From Callorhinchus milii (taxonomy: Eukaryota), in the NCBI RefSeq assembly GCF_018977255.1, contig NW_024704742.1, positions 65,722,001 through 65,786,000 of the forward strand: a stretch of 64,000 nt of DNA. Reading direction: 5' to 3'. Position numbers and translations under genes: made by a program. The notes under the pieces were generated by a model, which was not told where the DNA came from, did not search any database, and worked only from the letters and a program-made list of their open reading frames with translations. Positions 1-11,544 of the stretch are shown here, piece after piece (positions within the stretch are counted from its first letter, which is position 1; every line of letters starts with the position of its first letter).

Positions 1-403
1 AGATTTACATAGATTGTACAGGACAGAAACACAAGTCTTCATCCACTCCTTACTCCTTCACATACCCTTCTATTTCCTTCTCTTTGGTGTGTGTATATTT
101 TTATATATATATATATATGTTATGTATTATTTAATGAGATTGCACGTTAAGTACTGATAGCATCAGGATGATTGTTTGGAGTACTTCCACATTATTGTGA
201 AGTATAGTGTTTAATTTGCTTTGCTTCTCAGCATTTGGTTAGACTGTTGAATAGTAAAATTCAAGTAAATTCACCATTCAATCTGCATTTAAATTATTGT
301 GTATTTATAATCAAACCTTGACAAGTTTTCTATTTCAGATGAAGGTTTCCCCAATTCAAAAATAATTACTGCAAAATTGATGTAGATCTGTTGATTCTTC
401 TAG

Positions 404-473
404 TTGCTGGACATTTCTGAGCTGGATATGGTTGGTGCTGGTCGGGAAGCAAAGAGGAGAAGGAAGACATTAG
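404..473 (+). CDS. NELFA: NELFA coding exon, copy A (approx. exon 6 by homology to human)
   Basis: AG/GT-bounded, 70 nt, LLDISELDMVGAGREAKRRRKTL, matches recalled human NELFA; phase fits next exon. Confidence 0.95.
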
Positions 474-663
474 GTTGGTGTAATCTGACTTCACTTGTAT
501 ATTTGGTATTTTATTTGTCATCCGAGAGATTCAAGTAGGCAACCACAGCGCGAAACCCAGTCTAATCCTCAACTCTGTATAGTGCAATCCCTGTACAGAT
601 GCACATGTGTTTTGATGTCATTGCATTTGCCAAATTTATCATGTTTGAATGGTAGGTACAGGG

Positions 664-706
<43 letters not shown>

Positions 707-2042
707 TAAATGTACAGTTCGCTTGTTGCTGTTTCAGCTGTGAGGTTTCTGTTAGAATCAAGCTATTTTCTTCTGGCTATAAAAAAGTTCAAAAAATCTT
801 AAAACAATTCTTAAATACCACTCTGTCACAAATGTGACCCAAACTGGCAAATTAGATCAGAAGCATTTCCGGTTACGACTGTCTTAAAGTTTAAGACAAT
901 AACACAGATTTACATAGATTGTACAGGACAGAAACACAAGTCTTCATCCACTCCTAACTCCTTCACACACCCTTCTATTTCCTTCTCTTTGGTGTGTGTA
1001 TCTGACTAGTGGGAGGGGGAATGTAAGCTGTCTCTAAGGTGATGTGCTTGGCAACAGAATGACAGAATTGAGTGAATTTTCTAGCAGGCTAGGAAGTCAA
1101 GTTCTTGAGCAGGCTGAGTCCACAGTGCACCAGGGCACTACTAATGATAAACCAACCAATGACTTATCACCAGAACTTGGATAAAAAGGCAGGTCACTGG
1201 GGATAGGGATTCTTCACAACTGGATCCTATTAACCCTGCAAACCCAAGACCATAACGAGTGGAGATTGGTCCCAATTGAGCAAGCAGCAGGAAGCTTGCC
1301 AGACAGAGCTCTCAACGGCAACCTTTGCGGTTTTAGGTGGAGTTTGACCTTAAACTCCAATGCATACTCTGGGTTCCCAAGCTCTGACCCTTGTCAACCT
1401 GCGCCTCATACTCTCCAGAATTGGCAAATACAATTTATATTTATATAGTGCCCTTAATGTCAGGTAAACAGGAAGTTAGGCTTACTCCAGGGAGAGAGTG
1501 CTCATTCCATTCCTGATACATGGAATACACATCAATGGGTAGATCGCATGCATATGTTTTGTTTAATTTGGATACTCCCTAAGCATGGTAACGGCTTTAC
1601 AGACACCTGGCTCCTACCCCCAAAAATAACAATTTTAGATAACAGCTTATCCTGAGTTTTAATTTGGAAGCAGAAAAATAGCTTCCAACTACAGACTGAA
1701 TTTTAGAATTTTCCAAAATTCTGCACAGTCTTAAGATGTCAAGACAATCACTTTAAGGTAATGATGATGATCCTGGGATTTCAGGCATCAAAAGCCTTCA
1801 TTCAACCCTTTGAAAGAACAAGGCATGTGTGCAATTGGCTGCCATTTTTCGCCCACAAAATACAGTCAATCCACTTTCCAATATATTCTGTGAGCTGTCT
1901 TAACCACGTACTAAAGCGCTATATCATATGCAAGAATTATTTTATCTCTGAGGATACTTTGTAAAAATAAATAAATAATTTCAGAGATAGATGCACATAA
2001 TTCAGAATGGTCAACAGATTTTGTTTTCTCTTTAAAATATAG

Positions 2043-2131
2043 ATGCAGATGTTGCAGAAAAGCCTGCCAAAGAAGAAACTGTTCTGGACAGTGTCACACC
2101 AGATTATGCGGTTGGTCTGGTGTCTACTCAG
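2043..2131 (+). CDS. NELFA: NELFA coding exon, copy A (approx. exon 7)
   Basis: AG/GT-bounded, (D)ADVAEKPAKEETVLDSVTPDYAVGLVSTQ, phase 1 to 0. Confidence 0.95.
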
Positions 2132-2932
2132 GTAGGTTAGTTCTGAACTGGAAATCAGATGTGATGCTTCTGGTTTTGATTTGCTTTTAGTTGAGATGAA
2201 TTGCATCCACTCTCTGTATGATGACTGACTTACAAACTCTCTAGAACATAAATCAGAGAATTCTTGGCTTCCAAGTTCCAAGAAGATAGGCTGAGACTTG
2301 TTAGTCTTGAAAGAAGACTTCTCTGAAGGCACCTTAAATAGATGCTAAATAAGATGAAGTAAACTTGGAGGAATGCTTTCAGGTAAATCAAATCGATACG
2401 TTTTGGGAAACAGAAAGAACCAAATGGCAGAAGAGGCCTATAATATTAATTTATTTACTGGAGAACAATATGGAATTGCTCAGGTTTTGCGGAATCTTGT
2501 GCAATTGATCTTAACTAAAAATACTATACACAAAATCCATTTGAGTTGGAACAAACTTTCTGTGGCTTCCACATAACCACGTATGTATGTGACTGTTAAT
2601 TTTAGTGGAGATTACTGTCCTCCACAAAAGAGCCAGTGTCCTGTTATAAACAAACTCTTAAGTAAATAATACATAACATTTCATTCAAGCTGCTATTTTT
2701 TAAAAAAAGTCATTCACTTCATGGCTGTTTGTGGGACCTTGCTGTGTAAAATTGGCTGGTGTCCCTCCACTTTACAGTATATTCTGTGAAGCGACTTGAA
2801 ATGTCCTCCTGACTGAAAGGCGCTATACTAAATGTAAGGATTATTATTATTATAAAGCACAAACCAATCCGTGCAAAGGCCTTTAAGAGCTACAAATGAT
2901 ATCTCACATTTTCTTTTCTGTATTCACTTCAG

Positions 2933-3044
2933 AAACTCGGTGCTTTAAACAATGATAATCCACTACCATCTACCAGTTATTTGCCTGCTACACCCAGCAT
3001 GGTACCATCATCGTCCTACATTCCCAGCTCAGAAACTCCGCAAG
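2933..3044 (+). CDS. NELFA: NELFA coding exon, copy A (approx. exon 8)
   Basis: KLGALNNDNPLPSTSYLPATPSMVPSSSYIPSSETPQ; acceptor ttcag, donor gtgag. Confidence 0.95.
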
Positions 3045-3147
3045 GTGAGTTGTGAGAGATATTTAACATCCATCGATCTGTGATTTATTGTTTGTTTGTA
3101 GAGGGGCATGTAGTAATCTTGCAGATATCTGGGATTGTAGTTTGTTG

Positions 3148-3300
3148 CTCAAGTAGCAGAGACTGGGTATGACTGCACAATCGGAAGCAGTTGTTTTGAG
3201 ACCAACATTAACAATACGGTAGCGAGCCTATTATCCACACGAACGGATCGGCCCCATCATGGATGTGGAAACCGAGCGGATAACTGGTCATCGCACAAAA
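3148..3300 (+). ncRNA. Candidate intronic H/ACA snoRNA/scaRNA (duplicated at about 21290-21442)
   Basis: Hairpin, ANANNA (AGACCA 3199-3204), hairpin (gcga/tcgc, ttatcc/ggataa), ACA at 3295-3297; manual folding only. Confidence 0.35.
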
Positions 3301-3527
3301 TGCAAATTGGCAACAGTGGTAATCAAAGCTTCTTCTATTGCAAGTTAGAGTATCACTAAATGACCATATTGTGACAAACCCCTCTTTTTGGTTGACTCGA
3401 TGTGTCTCTGTCTTGCTTTCTGATTGTTTCTGTCTCTGGCATTGTTTTTCAAACTTTCTCGCTAACATCAGTGTTAAGAGGTTGATGTATACGGAAGTCA
3501 TTAAAAAAAACTTTTTCAATCACACAG

Positions 3528-3868
3528 CCAACACGGGTGGATCAGTGAGGGAGGCTTTACAGACGAATAGACTATCGGAAGAGTCAACAGCACCTACCTC
3601 TGGTCTGCCTGGCCAGTTCAAACAAAGAACGCCCATTTTTAACAGCAGCTCGACTGCATCAACTACCTCAGCCACCACCACCACCCCAGCGTCTGCCTCT
3701 GTCACTACAACAGCACAGACGCCGCCTGCACAACAGCAGACGCAACAGCAGCAGCAGCAGCAAACCCCACAGCAGCAGCCGCAAGCGCAGCAACAACAAC
3801 AACAGGCACAGCCACCGCCACAACAGACACAGCAGCAGCAACAACCTCGGAGGAATCTTTCACTCACA
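3528..3868 (+). CDS. NELFA: NELFA coding exon, copy A (approx. exon 9; Thr/Gln-rich region)
   Basis: ...LPGQFKQRTPIFNS...QQQPRRNLSLT; cacag acceptor, gtaagt donor; phases consistent. Confidence 0.93.
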
Positions 3869-4384
3869 GTAAGTACAAATTGCACTGACCAACGTTGTGA
3901 GTGGGGGAGGAGGGGGAGTTGGATTCTTACTCATTTGTTCATCTGACAAACATCGGAGGAAAGCGCCCAGTGACACTGTTGCTTTTATGTACCGCGATAG
4001 TCATCCCATCGTTTCTCGATCACCATGCGTCTGCATAGAAGACCTCATTTGTTCCTTATAACAACAGTTTTAGGCCAGAATGATGGGCCTACTGTCCAAT
4101 ATCTTACAAACTTCCTTTATTGTATTATTTGGGCACTAGAAGCAACATTGATAAGAAAGCCTTCAAGCCTTTCACAGTGTGACTTTGTGCTCCAGATACT
4201 GTGAGGGAAGTAATGAATTTGTTGCTCGCCGTGCAACTCTTGGACTTGGCCTCGCTGTGCTGCTCTAAGGGCTGGGTACAGTGCATTACAGTAAAACTCA
4301 CAAGTCTTATCAGTTGGGACAATAACATTTAATATGATTTATGCAAAGTATGTGTTATGGCAAACTTGCATAAGTCATATCATG

Positions 4385-4910
4385 ATTCCTCCCTCCATAG
4401 GCTGCAGATCATCCAGAACTCTGCAGCCCGTGTCCTCTCCTGCACCAGGCTCTGTGACCCTATCACCCCCATCCACGCCCAACCCCACTGGCTTCCCATC
4501 ACACAGAGGATACAGTTTAAGATCCTGGCCCTCACTTTCAAAGACCTCCATGGCCTCACCTCCTACCTCGGCAACCTCCTAAACCCTACCACCCTGCTCG
4601 CTCCCTCCACTCGGCGGGCTCCGACCTGCTTCACATCTGCCACCTCGCCTGCCTTACTATTGGCGGGAGGGCCTTCAGCCACTCTGCCCCCACCCTCTGG
4701 AACTCCATCCCGCAGTCACTCCGCCTCGCCCTGACTTGCCTCATTCAAGACCCGTCTCAAGACCCTCCTCTTCGACCGTGCTTTAGGTCACCCTCCTTCC
4801 ACCCCTGCTCTCCCAATCCTGACCCTCGGCTCGGGTCCAAAACACTGATTGTCCAGCGCCTTGGGATGTCCTCCCGACGTGAAAGATGCTATACAAATGT
4901 AATTTTGTTG
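4385..4910 (+). mobile_element. L2-clade LINE 3' fragment
   Basis: LQIIQNSAARVL...HWLPITQRIQFKIL ORF2 C-terminus plus cagcgccttgggatgtcctcccgacgtgaaag tail and ttg repeats. Confidence 0.85.
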
Positions 4911-5112
4911 TTATAACTGATTTATCAATCACTTTTTAAGAAAATATTAAGTCAGACATAAACCCTCAATTCACTCTGCCTGAAAGTATTCATTTCAGGA
5001 TTTGCCTTGCAAAATTGGAGAATCTGGTACTTCTCCTGATAGGTCCTTATCATTATGGTTACTTGGGGTATCTGCATTGCCTGATGCCATGATGGCTGGT
5101 CAAAACCTGTCT

Positions 5113-5490
5113 TCTGTAGTTGTTCACTGTTCTGTACTGAACATGCGATCCTTCAGCTACAGACAGTAAGTGCACAATGTGGTGATGGGTCAGGACTTAG
5201 CTTCCCGCGATTGTCTCACATGGAGCACTGCGTACGTTGCTTCAAGGCTGGTAAGTGCACATGAGGTGCCTGGTCCTCTTCACTCTCCACATGATCAGGC
5301 ATTCCGTGCCCCCTAACGCACTACGTGATCAAGTGATGCTCTTCTCTCCCCCACCACCTGCACGCGTGACAAAGTTGATGTTACGCCCCTGAGAGGGAGG
5401 GTGAGGATCTGTGTGCTTGTGCGTTGGGGTGTGCTTGTGCGGTTTCCCGATTGAGGTAGACGCGGGAAACAAAGCTTTGACCCGACAGCT
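5113..5490 (+). ncRNA. Candidate long H/ACA-type structured RNA (duplicated at about 23268-23645)
   Basis: ctgtagttg/cagctacag hairpin, ACAGTA 5163-5168, stems tgggtcagg/tttgacccg and ttcccgcg/cgcgggaa, ACA 5485-5487; CpG-rich. Confidence 0.4.
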
Positions 5491-6032
5491 GCCAAATGCG
5501 GTAGGGGTGTTACGAGTTATGCAGTGGTCGAAACAACTGGTGCATGTTTAAGTGGATATAATAGGAAATTGAATGTAACTCTGGTTGATGTATGACTTAG
5601 GCGATAATATGATTTATACAGAAGACTTGTGTGAGTTTTACTGAAAAATACTCTAGAGCCAGCCATCCAGCCCGTCTTGTGGGTATCGTCTAGTTACAGA
5701 GCAGAATGGTATTGGTGGAGATGTGGAAGTGGGACTTGCTATTCCACCCAACTGTGAAGATTAATGTCGTGGGAGAGACAACAAGAGGAAAGTGAGAAGA
5801 AACTATTGATTGCTGTGTACATTTGTGCATATATATATCAAAATTATTTGGGAGTTTTATGGACATAGTTTCATGTTGTTGATGCTTCGGGAGGGCTATT
5901 TAGAAGATGAATGCTCTTTATAAAGCAGGATTTTAGTTTGTAAAAGAATCACCTGATACGAGGAACGTTACTTTTTATAGTTTTAATTTGATGGCCTCCA
6001 GTTGACCTTGTTCATGTTTTTGTTTTCTCTAG

Positions 6033-6132
6033 AGAGACCAAATGTATGCGGCCCAAGAAATGTTCAAAACTGCAAACAAGGTCACTCGACCAGAGAAGGC
6101 TCTTATACTTGGATTTATGGCAGGATCTAGAG
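6033..6132 (+). CDS. NELFA: NELFA coding exon, copy A (approx. exon 10)
   Basis: RDQMYAAQEMFKTANKVTRPEKALILGFMAGSR, the conserved NELFA C-terminal domain. Confidence 0.97.
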
Positions 6133-7276
6133 GTGTGTTGAAACCTTTTTTTCTTCTCTCACCTTTCCCCTGCTCTCCTATTTCATCACTGCCTTTTCTG
6201 AACACTTCCCTAACTGACTCCTCTGTCTGCCCGCTCTGTTCAGCTAACCACAGATCTGCTGCATATCCCCCACCCCCTCCTCTGAGGGATTTTTACACTT
6301 CTAACCTCTGAAATTCTGTGATTTTATCCCTCTGCCTTACCCCCTCCCTTCTACTTATCTTTGCATCCCACCTTAAAACCTACCTCTTCAACACCTGTGG
6401 TCACCACCTCTTCCTCTCCCACTTCCTCATTGTGCTGTGAAGCACTCTGAGACGTCATTGTATGTGAAGGGTGCAATATAAAATTGCTGTACTTTTCCCA
6501 GCCCCATTTGGTGATGTGTGGTTCCTCGGGCCTCTACCTTTTGTTCTTTCCTATTCCTCATCTACGTGTCTTGGTAACGTCATCTGTATGTAGGCAACAT
6601 CCAACTCTACCTTTCTGCCTCCACCCTCAACTCCAGGAACACTGTTGTTCTGAAGATGCCTGTCAGACATCAAGCCCTGAACAAACCTTAGCTTTTGCCA
6701 ACTAAACATTGACAAAGCTGAGGCTCTCCTGCTCGGCTCCCATCAACAATTGGTCAGTCCAACTCACAGAGGCTGTGCAAACGTTTGGCATTTTATAAAC
6801 CTTTCATCTGTGTTCAGATCAAATTGGCCACCTCCATAACCTCATCGCTGCCGTGCCCTCCACGTAACTAAAATCTTCAGCTTTGTGACCTCTCACCAAC
6901 CTCCCTAGCTCTGCCTTCCACAAGCTCCTAGATCATCCAGAAAACTTCCCATACCAGTCTCTGTGAGCTCATCTTTCCCATCCCTGCTAGGCTTCACTGG
7001 CTTACTACACCCAGCAGATTGCCTTTAAGATCTCTGATGTTGCCTTCAAATGTCTTGCCTCCAAATGCAGCCAATTTGTGCACAGCAGTGTCCCACAAAC
7101 AGCCATGGAGGCAGTGACCAGTTTTATTTGAGGGAATTGTTGGCCAATTGTACTAAGGGTAGTGCTACCTTGGCTGGGATCAGGTAACTTATCACATCAG
7201 ACCACAGGAATGCCAACCAAGAATGGTTTGTTTAGTTATTCTACACAGCACTGATTGAATCTGTTTATTTCCCCAG

Positions 7277-7461
7277 AAAACCCATGTCCAGAGCAGGGCG
7301 ATATCATTCAAATCAAACTGAGTGAGCACACAGAGCTTTTACCAAAAGCAGACGGAACGGGCAGCACCACCATGCTGGTGGACACAGTCTTCGAAATGAA
7401 CTATGCCACAGGCCAGTGGACCAGACTGAAGAAGTACAAGCCGATCACAAACGTATCCTGA
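7277..7461 (+). CDS. NELFA: NELFA last coding exon, copy A
   Basis: ENPCPEQGDIIQIKLSEHTELLPKADGTGSTTMLVDTVFEMNYATGQWTRLKKYKPITNVS-stop, matches recalled NELFA C-terminus. Confidence 0.97.
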
Positions 7462-8221
7462 GAATTCCCAACGCTGAGAAATCGTGGACCAAAACCAGCA
7501 TGGTTCTCCTGGTTGCCACTGAACTGAGCTTAAATGATTGTATTTTCAGACGTTCTGAAATGTCACAGGAGACACCAATTTTTACAGATTGTGGGGTGTG
7601 AGCAGTGGTTCCTCCTATTTCCTGCCTTGGTGAGGTCATCTCGTCTTCTGTGATGTGTCCGAAGTCTTTAAATGATGGTCCAGACTTCCAGCGACTCAGC
7701 ATGAAAACCCGATCTGTCAAAAGCATGTAGAACATTTGTTATGGTTAGCTGACAGGAATTACTGTGTGGTCACAACTTCGGAGTGGGTTTTTGTCTTATT
7801 CGAAATATGTGGGATGATCATTTCAAGCAGCTTAGATTTGGTTCACTTTCTTTTTTAAAACAAAAAAGAAAAGCGCTGGGTTTTAAACTGGAGAGCATTA
7901 GAAAGCCAGAGCTCTTCCTGGTACCTGGAGCCTTTCCCTCGAGATGTTATCAGTTTCATAAAGTATTGTTGCAAAGGCAGCAAGACTTACATTTTTCTAT
8001 TTTTTGTACAGTTGTAAAGATTCTAGGTTTTTCTCTCTCTTTCTCTCGTATAGTGTAAGATGTAAAATAACAAATTAGATTTTCTATGGAGACTGTAATT
8101 AAGTGCAGTTTAAAGAATGCACAGCCATAAATAGTTTGGTTTTCTGTGTTTAGACAGCTGGTTGAACTGTCAGTGCTTAAGGGACAATAGTGCTTTTTAC
8201 TGGACATACAGTACCAAGCAC

Positions 8222-8227
8222 AATAAA
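8222..8227 (+). terminator. Candidate NELFA polyadenylation signal
   Basis: AATAAA about 760 nt after the stop; an alternative lies at 8991. Confidence 0.55.
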
Positions 8228-10131
8228 GTTACATTGTAACTGGTGTCATAGTTTATCAATCTACTGGTATCTGAATTTTATAATAAGCAACAATTTTTAA
8301 AATGCATAATCAGTAGTTTCATTAAAAACGTCTTTTCTGCAAGTATGGCCTGATTGTTCACCAATTTGTGACATGTTTCGGTGAAGCAGTGACACTTTGT
8401 TCGACTACCTTAGCTAGGTCGCTGAAGTACTTTTGAATCCAATTGTAACTCTGTTGGAAGCTACACCTCTTGAGCTACTTGCCAGGTATGAAATCTCAAC
8501 GAGAAGTCACTTCCTGAAAATTCGCGTCAATATTTTCTGTAACAATAATGGTTTAATTTGGTGCTTTTTTGTTCAGTTAGTAAAACTACACCCAGGTAAA
8601 TTTGTAACTTGTTGCAAACATAGATTTACTGAGAACAACTTGCATTTATACAGTGCCCTTCACGTGGGAGCGTTTCAGAGTGTTTAACAATGGTGTAGTT
8701 TGATGCAGAGGGAGGTGATTGTTGCACAATTAAACATATTAACTTGCTTCAATGCAAGTTCATTTTATAGGTTTAGATTCGATGTGACATTTCAAGCTGA
8801 TTCTGTAAACATTTGCTCTTATGTGGTTTCTCCCCCCTCACACACAGTGCCATATATACATGGACAAATTTCTAAATGTGGCACACACTGCACTGAATAT
8901 TTACTCAAAAGTGCCAGCTGTAAAAGGTACAATTCTCAGGAAGTCACTTCCATTCAATCCTGCAGGTTGTGACGTTTCAGTTCTGAACATAATAAAATGT
9001 ATGGCTATTTTTAACATTTTGGTCATATTTTGGCTTCATTTAATGCAAAAAAAAATGAAACTTAAACCAGTTAAGTTATTTATTTAAATGAGTTGCCTTG
9101 GGTTTATTAATTCAAGTAGAATAGATGAGTCCATTCTGTAAAAGTTGGTTCTTGTTTATTGTGAAATGTCCACTTCCATAGCAGATCTACATAGAACTGA
9201 TGCTCTTCCTAGTCAAAAACTACTTTCATTTAAGTTTCATCCAATAATGTGCTGCATGGAGCTTCTTTCTTTCCAAGGGCAGTTCATACACAATTCTTTG
9301 AACTAGTTTTTCGTTATCCTTCTACCCCCTCTACCCCACACCCAACGCACGTGGGTGCATAGCCAGCTGTGTAGAAGATGTACTCCCAATGTAAAAGGTG
9401 TTATAAATGTAAATCATCATTATATAATTCCTAGCTGGATGTTAGGAATTTGTGAATTAATGATCAGTGGGGGGGATGGAGAAAGGCGGGCTGCTAAAAT
9501 CGAAATGTTTCACCTATGTTAGCAGTCGATCAGCAAATGAAGTTCCACATGTGACAGAGGAATAACCTACCATGTATTTGTTAAGCATTCGATCATGTTG
9601 TCAACACTTCACAAGATTTACTGGAACACACTGCACTGTGACTTGTAGGCTTACTTAGCAGCCAATTTCTCTGCAGCAAAGTCCCACAAATAGCCAATTT
9701 TATTTGGTGGGGATTGTTGACCAAGATATGTGGCAAAATTCCCTTTTAAAATAGTGCTGCAAAATCTTGGTTTAACATCTCACTCCAAAGGACAGCAATT
9801 TCAAGAATTCCAGTGCAATCCATGGGAGTATCAACCAAGAAGATAAGCTCAGAATAGTCAAATGGGGCTTGAACCTACAAGTTGCTGATGTGCTAATGTA
9901 ATCTGGGTAGGACTACAAAGGTATTACTGCCCTCGCCCCACCCTATAATAGAATAATACTCTAGTGTCTCAAAGGATGATGTCACAAAATATACAATTTA
10001 ATTTGATCTAATTAACTATAAATTTTACCTGAGATTGCATAAAAATCCCGATGCATCATGTATGATCCATCTTCATGCATTTGATTATAGCGCTTGATAT
10101 GATGGTTGGAGACTCCATGTTTCTAAATAAG

Positions 10132-10137
10132 TTTATT
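10132..10137 (-). terminator. Candidate INO80B polyadenylation signal
   Basis: TTTATT on + (AATAAA on -) about 600 nt past the INO80B stop. Confidence 0.55.
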
Positions 10138-10746
10138 GCTGCATTTGTTATGAAATAAATCTTTTCAAAAAGCATTATAAATAGAGTACACACATTGGGT
10201 GCCTGTCTGACAGTACAGTGTTGTATTCAGACGAGGGTAGCTGGAGTTTGAATCCTTGTCTTGACTTGCTGTGCTCATGTAGAGCTTTCCTCAAAGAGGA
10301 CTCTTGCCAATCTCGGCTGCATCACCTGTAAAAAACAAAAAGGGGCTCCATTGGCACTCTTTGAAGTGGACCTCCTTCTGGATCAACTGAACAATATCCG
10401 TATGGGTGTCTTGAGCATTTGTGGGGATTGTTAGCTTTGCGTGGAGGGGGAGAAGAAGAAAAACAAAACAAAATTGATAAAATTGCAAAATACCATCCAT
10501 GAATCCAGTCAGTTTTCCTAGAAATGAAACATTGACTGGGTTAAAGAAAAGATAATTTATCACAGTCTCATTCATGACATGTACCTCATATCATAACAAC
10601 TCTAACCCATTGGAGTGCATTATCATTCCTTCATATTCTATCCATAAATGTGAATGTTGCTGGATAGCACTGTGCACTGGTGGCAGCGAGGATCAATGTG
10701 GCTCCTAGGTATCTCTACCTCTGTATCTTTGTTTGTTTACTTCTGG

Positions 10747-11205
10747 TCAAGCCAAACCCAAGTTCAGCAAATTCTTTTTGTAACACCCAATGCTGCAGAG
10801 AGGTAACCCACTTTTGGAACAAGAGTACTTCTTCAGATTTGAGCAACTATCGACCCCACAGGTTATCGGTTTGGGGACAGGTCGCGGGATCCCTGGGAGT
10901 GGAGCAGAACAGCCAGGTGGAAAAGCAACAGTAATCCCCCCAAGGTTATTTGAATATCTGATCATGGGGTAATGGGTTCTCTTGGTCCGTTTCTCTCTCA
11001 GCGTCTTCACTTTAGCCTTGTTTGTTTTCGTCAGGCGCTCGATTGTTTGGTTTTTGCTTTCTTCCGCCTTCTTGGCTGCCTGGAGGCGTCTTTTCCGGGC
11101 GCGCTCTGCACGCTTAACCATCATCTCCTCGGTCATTTCCTTTGCTTTGTAGCCCATGGGCAGCTCCAGGAGGGGCTGGCTTTGCTGCTTGTTTAACAAA
11201 GCCCG
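10747..11205 (-). CDS. INO80B: INO80B last coding exon, copy A (PAPA-1 region and zf-HIT finger)
   Basis: RALLNKQQ...TEEMMVKRAERARKRRLQAAKKAEESKNQTIERLTKT...CGVDSCSNLKKYSCSKSGLPLCSIGCYKKNL; acceptor ctcatag; 459 nt ending in TGA. Confidence 0.95.
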   Translation of the reverse strand, partial: RALLNKQQSQPLLELPMGYKAKEMTEEMMVKRAERARKRRLQAAKKAEESKNQTIERLTKTNKAKVKTLREKRTKRTHYPMIRYSNNLGGITVAFPPGCSAPLPGIPRPVPKPITCGVDSCSNLKKYSCSKSGLPLCSIGCYKKNLLNLGLA

Positions 11206-11544
11206 CTATGAGAGAAGCAAATTGGAGTGGTTTTAGCATTTAGTTACAGCAAACGGACATTAATTTAACAGCAGATGAGTTTGAACACAACAAATTTAGA
11301 CCTCCAAAGCTCTTGTACAAAGACATGCATCCTCTGCCCTACCATCAGTGCCGACACACGCCAGACAACCCATTCTCACTTCCAGACAACCCATTCTCAC
11401 TTCCATGCCATTGCCATGCTCAGTAAGGGGCATGGAAATAACCCAGTGAATAAATAATATGGGGCAAAGGTGGGTATTTGGAGTTGAGGTATAGATCAGC
11501 CATGATCTAAAAGAATGGCAGACCAGGCTCAAGGGGCTGAACGG

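Noticed and set aside
3520..3885. Minus-strand poly-Cys ORF resembling metallothionein or keratin-associated protein (also 21662-22027)
   Set aside because: It is the antisense of the CAG/CAA-rich NELFA exon
5165..5272. Two taagtgca motifs resembling miR-430/302 seeds; also considered telomerase RNA and hammerhead ribozyme
   Set aside because: Seed is AAGUGCA rather than AAGUGCU with poor precursor stems; no CUAACCCU template, P6.1 or CUGANGA core
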